The notes under the pieces: model-generated | Seen by the model: only the letters and a program-made list of their open reading frames with translations | Databases searched by the model: none | Told to the model about the DNA's origin: nothing | Assembly: GCF_004010195.1 (NCBI RefSeq) | Contig: NC_057732.1 | Location: forward strand, 41,024,256 to 41,088,255 | Direction: 5' to 3' | Length of the DNA stretch: 64,000 bases | Origin: Chiloscyllium plagiosum | Taxonomy: Eukaryota | Part shown: positions 1 to 11,500 of the stretch, one piece after another | Layout of the letters: each line of letters starts with the position of its first letter | How positions within the stretch are numbered: the first letter of the stretch is position 1 | Program-made: the position numbers and the translations under genes

Positions 1-373
1 TTGTTGTACTTCACTGTGCTTCATCAATCTATGCCTGCAGTATGAACCATCAATTTACATAGCAAACACAGAATGTGCTTCAACCAAATAGGCTTGTCTC
101 AACGTCTAATGGAATTGTTCTCAGTCAAGACAAGGAAAATAGCCCTCAGTCACAGGGTTCCAGCACAGTAAAGGGGAACATCCACTCTCAGTCCATGGGG
201 TTGGACATGGTCATTCAGCTATTTTGGGCTGTCAAGTTCACAGGGTTTATGTCATAAAAATCAGAGGAATCAGGCACTGTCATCCTATGGGTTAAGTGCT
301 GACCAGATCATAGAGTCATGCTAAGTCAGTGGGAGAGCTGCATACAACAGTCAGGAGTCTGCTCACTCATCCT

Positions 374-471
374 TTCTGGATCAGTGGTGCTGGAAGAGCA
401 CAGCAATTCAGGCAGCATCCGAGGACAGGCTGCCTGAATTGCTGTGCTCTTCCAGCACCACTGATCCAGAA
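374..471. repeat. Perfect inverted repeat (43-bp arms, 12-nt spacer) of PLE 3'-end sequence
   Basis: 374-416 is the reverse complement of 429-471. Confidence 0.9.
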
Positions 472-2321
472 TCTGGTTTCCAGCATCTGCAGTCATTGTT
501 TTTACCTCACTCATCCTTTGGGCTGTCCATCCAGATTGGGAAAGGGGATGAGCCACGATCAATCCTGGAGGTCTGTCCACTCAAAATCAAGAAGGTGTTA
601 TTAGGGGTCAACTATGGGAATTTGAGTTTGCATTCTGAGATGCAAAGAGGATAACAACTTTGAAAGGGGTTGCAACATATAAAGGGAAGATGATACAGCA
701 TGTGAGGGAAAGAGGAAATGTGATGGAGGGTCATCATCAGTTGGCACTACCTTGATTTCGATGATGGGACATTGTACTATGTCTGGTAAGACACTGTGGT
801 ATGCCTGGGGTTGAGATGGTAAAGTAAGGAAGTGAACAGTTAAATAAATAAATTAGATTGGAATGTGGAGGTAAAGCCAGTGGTTCAAATCTCAGTCTTA
901 ACCGGTGCTGTAGCTCAATGACCCTTTCCCAACACTCATTTCCTCCTGGTCCATTGGTTAGTTATTTCTCAGGGTTGCAAATATACTCATCCCATTGAAT
1001 CATATTCAATGTTACAGGCAATTTAACAATGGGATTAGTGTATTTGCAGTCAGAGAAGGATGCATAAAGCAGCACTGCTCAATCTCAGTGTCTGAATGGA
1101 CTATTCCAGGAACGGAATCGATTCAAAACCTTTATAAGATTCATAACAAAATATTACAAAAGAAGGGAAGTGTAAGAATCAAGACAAGATAGATCAATAG
1201 ATCAACAGTTGAGGAGGGGTGGACACCTTCAAAGTGATGTGCAAAAGAAACAAAAGTGATGTGAGAAAAGCGAGATTCAAGTGAAGCATTCAAGAGGACA
1301 TTGGATGATTACTTGGAAAGAAATCATAGAGAAGGGTTTGGAGAAAAGGCAGGAGATTGGCATTATGTAATGATGCTTGTGCAGAAATGATCGACCAAGG
1401 CCTTCTGCTAAGTTGTAACAATTCTGTCATTCTGTGACATCAAACTTGGGTTTTCAAACTCTGTGAAATGAAGGAAAAACTTAGAGGAGTTGCACAGTTT
1501 CACAATTAAATTTATAAAGGAGTTGATCGGTCAGCAGTGAAGAAGTATATCTATTTGCAGGAGATCAATACTAGAGATTGTAAATGTATAATGTATGAGT
1601 CATGATAAATCCAATAAGGAATGCAGGAGAAACCTTTTAGCGAGAGCAGTTGCAATGTGGAATTCATCATCATAAAGAGTATGTCAAGCAAATAGTACAG
1701 CTACACCTAATGGGAAGCTGCATTAACACACGGACAGAAAGAAATTATAATAGCATTAGATGAAGGGAGTTGGGAGGAGGTTTGTTTGAAGCATAAATGC
1801 CTGTGTGGATCAGTTGGACTGAATGGCTTGCTTCTTTGCTGTAAACTCTTTTAATTCTAAGTAATTTTGAAGTACTTAGAAGGAATGCATTTGAATTGAT
1901 GTAATCAATCTTTATTTCTACATGGCAAAGCAGGGTGTAAGTGTCTTTGAAGCGTAAACTAAACAAGAGGAGAAAGTTCAGAGAAGCAATTTGACCTTGG
2001 TGGTATCAATAAAATCAAGATTGACTATAAATGAGATTGGAGGCTAGAGATGAGTCAATAACCATTTATCAACCTATTGTAAGTGCAAAACAGGGATCTG
2101 AAGCTTCTCCCAAGATACATGTTGATTATTTAATCATTAATGGATTTGACTTTATAGAAAGTTAAATGCTTTGGAGCAGTAAAGAATTATTTGGTACAAA
2201 AGACATAAGTCAACTTCTTGGAGCAAGTTTCAAGGAAGTGGGAGCTCTGAGAATTTAATTTCTGATCACAGAGTAAAAGTATTAATAAAGAAGTAAGGTT
2301 GCAGTGCAAGTGTTTACTTAC

Positions 2322-2569
2322 AGTATCTTGCTGTGAAGGTAATGTATGGCACTTTCAGTTTCACTTCGTTTCCCTTGCATTTTGCTCTGTATCGCCAATC
2401 GTGCTTTCTCTTGCAGGTCCTCCTTTGTTTGCATTTGTACATCTACATGTGGTGCAAACAGTGACCCATATGTGTACTGATCTCTCAGGAGAACACTGTC
2501 CAGAATTTCAGTTGTAGTGGATTGCCTGAAGGCTGTGCTGTAGCCTTTGTCTTGGGTTAAGGGATTGCC
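2322..2569 (-). CDS. LRR gene exon (248 nt): LRR cap plus helical region
   Basis: ttgctcag| GNPLTQDKGYSTAFRQSTTTEILDSVLLRDQYTYGSLFAPHVDVQMQTKEDLQEKARLAIQSKMQGKRSETESAIHYLHSKI(L) |gtaagt. GNP follows LKKLKLK, as expected for an LRR cap. Confidence 0.85.
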
Positions 2570-5500
2570 CTGAGCAAGAATTTTAAATATATCTGTTATG
2601 TTCTATTTCTGCAGCAAAACAGTTTCAGAAGAATATCTAAATTTCACAGGGCTTTTGCCACTGTATGGCAGTCATTTTGCTTACAAGGCATTCACAGGAA
2701 CATTCACTGATCGAGATCATAGCAATGCATGAGTTAGTTCTGTGTGCTATCTCTCCTTGTCTTTCTTTTTGATGCATCTCTTATTCCTGTAGCTGGGAAT
2801 AAGAAACTCCTACCCACATTTTCATAGATGGTATAGAATTCACAGCAATAAAATAGGCTGTATGACCCAGCTGATCTGTGGTAGCATTTATGCCCCACAT
2901 TATCCTCTTCACATCCCTCTTCGTCTAACCCTATCAACTTTAACCCTGATTTGGAGATGCCTGTGGTGGACTGGGATGTACAAAGTTAAAAATCACACAA
3001 CACCAGGTTATAGTCCAACAGGTTTAATTGGAAGCACACTAGCTTTCGGAGCGAAAGCTAGTGTGCTTCCAATTAAACCTGTTGGACTATAACCTGGTGT
3101 TGTGTGATTTTTAACTTTAACCCTATAATCTTCTATTCCTTCCTTGTTCATGTATTTACCTAACTCCCCCTTAAATGTACCAAAAGCTATTTGTCTCAAA
3201 TACCCAATGTGGCCATATGTTTCACATTTCAACCACTTGCTAGGCAAAGAAGTTTCTCTTTAATTCCTTTTTAAAAATTTATTAGTGACTTCCTTAAGTT
3301 TTGTGATCCTTAGTTTTAGAAATCTCACATAACCAGAAACATTTCCTCGATGCTTACTGTATCAACCCCTTCATAAATTTATAGGTTTCTATTCTCTTTC
3401 ATCTTAGCGAATCACTTGTTCTTTTGAAATATCCTGAGTTGATGTGAGATCACACTCTAACACGTAGTACATAAACAAGTACATAATCCACAAGATTACG
3501 GAGGACAGAGAGTGTCAGTGTAGTATCTTTAAACATCAACAGCTAATGTGACATAGACATCTGTTCCCAAACAGATCATTACAGCTCATTGCAGAAAGTT
3601 GTTTCTCAAGTGATTGGCAAGAAAGCTTGAAATGTATGCCTGTGATAAAATTCAACTCCAGATTGACACAGCTTTTAAGATGGTCACTGTCTGCCTCTCT
3701 TCTGCGGTCCCTCCAAATCTGAATGACTTGGAGAAGGAGCATGTGGTGCTTGTTGGACTTCCATAACTACTGGGCACTGCAAGGACTGGACTGTTGACTG
3801 GACAGAGATTTTTAATAAACTTTTTGTTAAAACAAAATGGCTATTTGAGTGCTACTACTTCTTCATACTTAACATACAGAGACTGCTACCTCAGTAGATA
3901 GATTCTGACCTTTATGTTCTGACCAAGATGTATTCTGACTGCAGGATGTTGGTTAACAGTTATGATAATAATATTGACTTCGCACGAGTGTAACCTAGTT
4001 GTTGGGAACACAGGAATATAGCAGTGGGCCAGTTAGCACCTTTAGCCTGTTCCATGTGGTCAGGACATTCTACACCTTCTTGTTTGTATTTTCATGGATA
4101 TCACCAAATTTCCCAAAATTTAACCTAAGAAGCAAGATTCGTGGAATAAAAAACTCTGAAGGAAGGTAACTATCTTTACTTTGAGTTTCAGCTTCTTTAG
4201 TCTCCTCAGGCTTCCGAGAACATGCACAGTGTCAGTGAGGGAAAGAACCGTGTTGTCTGAAGCATCAAGAACACACAGCTGCAAGTTGCTGGACAAGGGC
4301 AGTAAGCTGCAGATTTGGTTACTCTGAATGTACAGTTCGCAGAGTTGGGGAACATGCTGAGCGCCTTCTAGGGACTCCAACTGAAAATGATTAAACGCAC
4401 AAAACAGTCACATTTGAATAAAGCACATGCACAAGATAGGGAGACTAGAAATTATATTAAAATAGAGACAAAAGTAGAAATTGCTGGAAAAGCTCTGCAG
4501 GTCTGGAAGTATCTGTGGAGAGAAATCAGAGTTAACTTTAGTATGTTAAAATACATTGAGATAGATGAAATTTACAGTACCGACTAGGTAATTCATAGGA
4601 TCAAAGAATAATAACAACACAGAATAAGGCAATTGGGCCCATTTTGTCCTTGTCAGCTCTCTGTAAGAGCAATTTAGTTAGTCTCACTCCCCCAGTCATT
4701 CTCCATAGTCCTGCAAATGTTTTCTCTTCAAATAATTACCCAATTCCACAAAGCCACAATTCAAACTGGCTCCACGACTCTCAGACTCTGAGTTCCTGCA
4801 CTTTATCACCGCAGTCAGCAATATCACTTCTATCTTGCCATTTAAGGCAGACATGAAGGCAAGAAGTTTGTCACGATTATAAACAGTACTCAGTCAAGTC
4901 AAGGGGGATAGCCCTCCGTCAGGGGCACAGTAAGTTAAATGAAGCCTCCAAAGACCGTCCAGGGACTTTGACATCGACAGTCAACTGCTCAGGGTGGTCA
5001 GATTCAGAATGGTCTTCACATAAGAGGTGAGGAGTTGAATATTGGACAGTTCGTCACCCGTTTTCAATCATTCTATTGTAAGATGCTTTTCTTCTGGAAT
5101 TCAACAGAGGCAGGTATTAAGAGAAATGAAAGAAGATAGCACAGCTGTTACCTTTGGTGCAAGTGGAATTTTATTCCAAGTGAGTGATTGGGGAACACAG
5201 ATGACAGGTAGGATTAATGTGGGGTGGGTATAGAGTGAGTGAGAGAAGATATTACAAGAAATAATGAGAATGGTGCAGCATGAGCCTCAGTGTGAGGTGG
5301 GTACAGTAGCAGAAATAGAGTGAATGTGAGGAATCAGAAAGAAGATGGTACCACTTACACTGATGGAGTGACCTTCTTCCTAAAGTGTTTGGCATTCCTT
5401 TAGATGACTGAGACGGCTTAAATCCAGTTGGAAACCTCAGAATAGGCTGGCATGGTCTGATTTTGTGGTCTGAATGCTGGGGAAAGAGAAAATCCTGCTT

Positions 5501-8500
5501 CTGCCTTACCTCATCCAGTAAGACCTGCAGGTCCCTCTCAGCAAAACAGTACACTAAATTGTCCTTGTCTGCCATGTCCAGGACAAATGTCAGAAACTGT
5601 GCAGGACAGCTCCAGATTCACAGTGCTTGGCTTGGTTCACAAGGATTTCAAAGATGGGATGTGTGCAAGAGATGTTAGTGAATTCTGAGATATCTGAGTG
5701 GTGAGTTGTTCCAGGAATGGTGTGTGTTAAAATGATTTGGAGTTGGTAGTGCATCAGGTGAAGATGGCATGATATAGTGTGAAAACTTGCTTGGCCTGGC
5801 AGCAAAAATCTATCCAAAGAAACTCAATGCAACTTGGACATAGTCAAAAATATGTAATTTTCAGCCCTTCTTAATCGACGGCGCAGAGAGTTAAGGGGAT
5901 AGTGTATGCAAAAGATATTGAAATGTTCAATTAGCCCTAATTGCACTGAATGATAGAGCAGGCTCAATGGGATGAGTGGTCTATTCCTGTAGAACCTAAC
6001 GATTAACTGCATAGAAGAGGTTTCATCATGTTGCCATTGCTTCTTTTGCCTGTCACCTTAAATCTGGTTCTCATGCATTTCCTTTATAATTTTGTTTAAT
6101 ATTTTCCTTCCTCATACTTCTTACCAAAATGAATCACTTTGTACTTTTCTACCTTAAATTTTGTCTGCTATATGATTGTTCATCCGCTAGCCTATCAATA
6201 TCCTCTTGAAGTCTATCACATTTCCCCCATAGGTCATAACATTTTTAAATTTTGCGTTATTTGGAAATTTTGAAATTGTGCTCTCCACACCTCAGTCTAG
6301 ATTATTAATATGTATTAAGAAAGGCAATGACCATTGGGGAATGCAACTGTATAAAGGTTGAGTGTTGTCCAGATCTTGCTGCATACATACATAGACTGCT
6401 TCTGTATCTGAGGAGTGAGAAATGGTGCCTAAGATTGAGGTATTATCAATGAATATTCCCCCCCCCCCCTCCACTTCTGAACATATGATAGGGGGAAGGC
6501 AGCTGATAATCCAACTGAAGATGCTTGGGTCGAGGACAGTATCTTGAGGCACTCAAGCAGGAATGTCCTGGTACTAAGATGATTGATCTACAACATCCAT
6601 AAAGACTGCAGATAGCTACACAATAGAGGGATTTGGAAGTCTTTTGCTTCTACACTCAAAACCCAATGCAATAAAGGTTAGCATACTGTTTAGCTTCTGA
6701 ATTGCTTGCTGTACCTTCATGCTAACCATCAGTGGCTTATGAACAAGGATACCCAGGTCCTTTAGAACATTAACACATGTCAAGGTCTCATCATATCAGA
6801 AAAATTCAGTATCTCCATTTCTCTATCAAAATTGATTACCCCACTCTTGCTTAGAGTTAAGACCCTAATTTCAGATTGAACTACATCTTTTCCAAACATT
6901 GTGGGAAATTTTATCATACCCTGGTCACTATTTCTCATAAAACTTACTGAAATACATTCCAAGAATTCTTCCTCTCTATCACTGGTGCTCATTACATTTA
7001 TCCAGTCCATATGTAAATGATGTTACCTATGATTACTGCACTTCGAACTTCCTGATTATACCATACCCTATATCACCCCTACAGTTTGATGATCTCAAAA
7101 CCATTCCCATCAATGTTTGTTGTCCCTTGCTATATTTTTCTGTTTGCTGAACATAAAAGAATCTTACATCCTTTTCATCTGATCAGAGATTCTCTCTCAT
7201 GAATACACTGTTCCCATTCTTTATCATCTGCACTGCTCTATCTTCTATTCCTTTCACCTATCCCTCATAAATGTCAAACATCCTTTGATATTCAGTTCCC
7301 AGTGCTGGTCACTCTGCAGCCACATCTAACATACCCTCTTATTCGACCTTTCATTCACCTAGATGTGGCAGACAGCAGAGCTTAGATCTGACTTGTTGGT
7401 TGTGTGATTGCTTAGCCCTGCGTATCATTTGCTGCTTATGCTGTTTGACATGCAAGTAATCCTGCTTTGCAGCTTTATTGGGTTGACACATCATTTTTAG
7501 GTGTGCCTGATCCTACTTCTGGGAAGCCCTCTTGCACTCTTCATCAGAGCAAGGTTGATCTGATGGGTTGATGATAATGGTAGAGTGCCAGACCATGAAT
7601 TTACAAATTCAGGTTCAATACATTTCTGTTGTTCTTGATGGGCCACAGTTCCTCAAAGATGCCCAACTTTGCATTGTTAGATATGTATAATATTGAACCC
7701 ATTTAGCAAGATGGCAGTCCACACAATTCATTAGAGGATATCCTCACTGTAAAGATGGGAGAAAATTTCCACAAGAACTGTGCAGTGTTTACTCTTACCA
7801 CTATCATCATGGATGGACAGGTAGATTGACGAGGATAAGGACAGGTCAGGAATGGTGATGGTGGTGTATGTGAAATTGTTTATATGGTATGAATCTAAAA
7901 TTATGAGTATAACAGGTTATGGGGAAATTTGTTGATAAGGAGGACTTCGCAGGTGCAAAAGGGTGAATTCCTGTCATTCCCTATGCATTCAATTGCATTC
8001 CTGTTTGACTTTTCTATGGGAGGTTGATACAGTTGAGTTCCATAAACATGTATGAGTCAACCATTTTGCTATGAGTCTGGAGTTACATACAGGCCAGACC
8101 ATGTAATGGTAACAGATTTCCTTCACTAAAGGGCACTAGTGAACATGTTTCATGTTATTACAATGATTTCATGATTTATCAATTTCATTTCAATTTCATC
8201 ACTTGCCACATTAGACTATGAACCCAATGTAACCAATCATTAGCCTGGGCCTCTGAATTGCTAGTCCAGATCATTACCACTAATCATTGCTTCCTCTTCA
8301 GGAACACAAGCTTCAAAGCATAATAGAACAAAGAACTGTGGGTGCTGCAGATCTGAAAAAAAACTGTTCTGATGAAGAGTCACTGGACCTGAAACTGTAA
8401 CTCTGCTTTATTCCCGTAACTGCAGGCAAACCTATTGAGTTTTATGGAAGTTATTCTGGCAGTTATGTAGTTAATTTAGTGTTGTAATGCTTGCCTGGGA

Positions 8501-11500
8501 TCATATTACAGGGCTCCAGTAACAGATAATGGTAGTGCATTGTGATAGGCTAGTTAAATCACTGAGGAGAAAGTGAGGTCTGCAGATGCTGGAGATCAGA
8601 GCTGGAAATGTGTTGCTGGAAAAGCGCAGCAGGTCAGGCAGCATCCAGGGAACAGGAGAATTGACGTTTCGGGCATAAGCCCTTCTTCAGGAATGAGGAA
8701 AGTTTGTCCAGCAGGCTAAGATAAAAGATAGGGAGGAGGGACTTGGGGGAGGGGCGTCGGAAATGTGATAGGTGGAAAAAGGTCAAGGTGAGGGTGATAG
8801 GACAGANNNNNNNNNNNNNNNNNNNNNNNNNNNNNNNNNNNNNNNNNNNNNNNNNNNNNNNNNNNNNNNNNNNNNNNNNNNNNNNNNNNNNNNNNNNNNN
8901 NNNNNNNNNNNNNNNNNNNNNNNNNNNNNNNNNNNNNNNNNNNNNNNNNNNNNNNNNNNNNNNNNNNNNNNNNNNNNNNCAGGTGAATCTGTGGCGGATA
9001 TGGAAGTTTCCTTTGGGGCCTTGGAGGGAGGTGAGGGGGGAGGTATGGGCGCAAGTCTTGCACCTCCTGCGGTTGCAGGGGAAGGTGCCGGGAGTTAAAT
9101 CACTGGTAGATGAGCTAATGCTGAAGATGATAGTGGTGTAATGTGATAGGTTAAGTGTATTGTACGGAATCAGTGTGGCAGATGATGATTAGCCTAGAAA
9201 GACAAAGCAAGCAAGCATGATTGGTTATGCTAATGTTATCGGATAAGTGCGGGAAAAACAACTGTATAAACTGCAGAAGAACAAAGAGCTTGTTGGCAGT
9301 CAGGGAAGACATTTTTCTGGCTGCGACAGCTTTAATTTTAAGATTAAACTTTAATTTTGTAAGGGTTTTCTGCATCTCCTGGTAATTTTTTATAGAACAT
9401 TGAGTAATTCTTCCACAACAAGTTATTCCAGTATTTCTGTTTTTGACTTCAAAGTATTGTAGAGCTTGAGGGAGAATTAGGTTTTATTCTCACATGTAAT
9501 CAAGTACAAAAGTACAAGAGTACAGTGAAAAGTGTACAAAGTCACTGTTCACTGGCACTACCTAAGGTACAAAAACTTATTTTTTAAAAGACCATCTTAG
9601 ATACTGAAATAACTGCACCAAGACGAGTATCCAGTACCTAGTCACCCTTTATTTAATTGTGCACAGTACACTGGCTTTGGCCAGCTAGCACAGAGTCAGT
9701 TCCCTGTACTGAGGAAATTCTAAATCCTCTTGTTATATTGGTCGACCAGGGTTTCTTCATTGACCCAAGTTAACAACCCCATTCAAGGATCTCATAGTGA
9801 ACAAGATCCACCTGGTTCCAAGAAAACAGATACAAAAACCAAAACAACCATCTAAAATACAAAAGCAGAATTTTTTAAAAAATCACAAGCAAAAGTACAA
9901 AAACAACAGAACCAAGAGAAAACAGAAAATTCCAGATCCAAATGTCTTAACTCCGTAAGATAGTCCCTCCTCAAAGCTTTGGGTCTCAGTGCTACTGTTG
10001 CCGCAGGCCTTAGAACCCGCTCCCACAGGCCCTCGGAGCTCACTCCACTGCCACCCTCGGCCTTCAGAATGCAGGCTCTTGGACTCACATCAGCTGCCAC
10101 TGGAAGGGCTTGTAGCTCACTCCAGCTACTGCCGCAGCGCCTTGGACCTCACTCCTACTGCCACCGCAGGCCTCCGAAACTCACTCCCACAAGCCCTCGG
10201 ACCCCACTCCCGCAGACCCTCGGAACTTGCTCCTACAGACCCTCTGATCCCGCTCCTGCAGGCCCTCGGACCCCGCTCCCACAGACCCTCGGACCCCGCT
10301 CCCGCAGACCCTCGGAACCCGTCCCCACAGGCCCTCGAACCCCGCTCCCGCAGACCCTCGGACCCCGCTCCCGCAGACCCTCGGATCCCGCTCCTGGAGG
10401 CCCTTGGAACTCGTTCCTTCAGGCCATTGGAATTCATTCATTTACCGCTCCAGGCCCTTGGAATTTGCTCCTTGAATCTGTTGCTGCCGCTGCTGAATCC
10501 TGACACATACTGACCCAACTTGCTGCTGCCATTCTGTTCTTGCTCTCGCCAATACCCCACCAAAGATACCGCACAACTTCAAATGAAAAAAAAATGAGCA
10601 AAAGTAATAGAAAAAAGAAAAATGGAAAAAGAAATAAAAGTAGATGATAGCAGATGAGCCCCGGGTTCAGCAGCTCGAACACTGTGCTGCCACTGCATTG
10701 CCATGTTGAGTCAAATTGAATGGGATGTGTGTTCACAGAGGTAGAAAGTTGAAGCGTTTCCAGGACACAAGACTGAGGAACATTGGACTTCTAATTTTTA
10801 AAAAAATTAATCTATTTTTCCAATTAACTTCTTTAAAGGTGTAAAGAGATTAAACATGTAATCTAGAGATTATATATCACTAGAGCAAGTAAGACGAAAC
10901 CAAGTCTCCTGGCCTGGTGGGGGAGGGGGGGGCACGACTCTGCCCAAAAGAGGGTGCCTAATAACATTGAATTGTAGAATCATGAAGTACCATAGGTTCC
11001 CTACAATGTAGAAAGAGGCCATTTGGCCCATTGAGACTGCACTGGCTCTTTGAACAGCATCCCACCCAGGTGGGCGGCACGGTGGCACAGTGGTTAGCAC
11101 TGCTGCCTCACAGCGCCTGAGACCCGGGTTCAATTCCCACCTCAGGCGACTGACTGTGTGGAGTTTGCACGTTCTCCCTGTGTCTGCGTGGGTTTCCTCC
11201 GGGTGCTCCGGTTTCCTCCCACAGTCCAAAGATGTGCAGGTCAGGTGAATTGGCCATGCTAAATTGCCCGTAGTGTTAGGTAAGGGGTAAATGTAGGGGT
11301 ATGGGTGGGTTGTGCTTCGACATGTCGGTGTGGACCTGTTGGGCCGAAGGGCCTGTTTCCACGCTGTAATATAATCTAATCTAAACCCCTTACCCTATCC
11401 CTGTAATCCCGCTTTTATCATGGTTAATCCACATAGACTACACATCGCTGGACGTAATGGACAGTTTATCATGGCCAATCCACCTAACCTGCACATTTAT

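Larger units (their letters stand above)
8565..9092 (-). mobile_element. 5'-truncated Penelope-like element (Neptune-type) with 13-bp TSD and 3' hammerhead; spans an assembly gap
   Basis: TSD AGTTAAATCACTG at 8552-8564 and 9093-9105. Minus-strand peptide PGTFPCNRRRCKTCAHTSPLTSLQGPKGNFHIRHRFT(C) is the Cys-rich linker preceding the GIY-YIG endonuclease. Confidence 0.85.

Noticed and set aside
1-34. Possible next LRR-gene exon starting at ctgcag|gcatag (minus strand)
   Set aside because: The frame is compatible (HRLMKHSEVQQ), but the polypyrimidine tract is weak and it is cut off by the window edge.
9979-10513. Two 174-aa Pro/Arg-rich ORFs
   Set aside because: They are produced by a 23-bp minisatellite that is open in several frames on both strands, with no splice or domain support.
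11072-11145. tRNA gene
   Set aside because: The A and B boxes belong to the tRNA-derived head of an HE1 SINE and continue into the V-domain.
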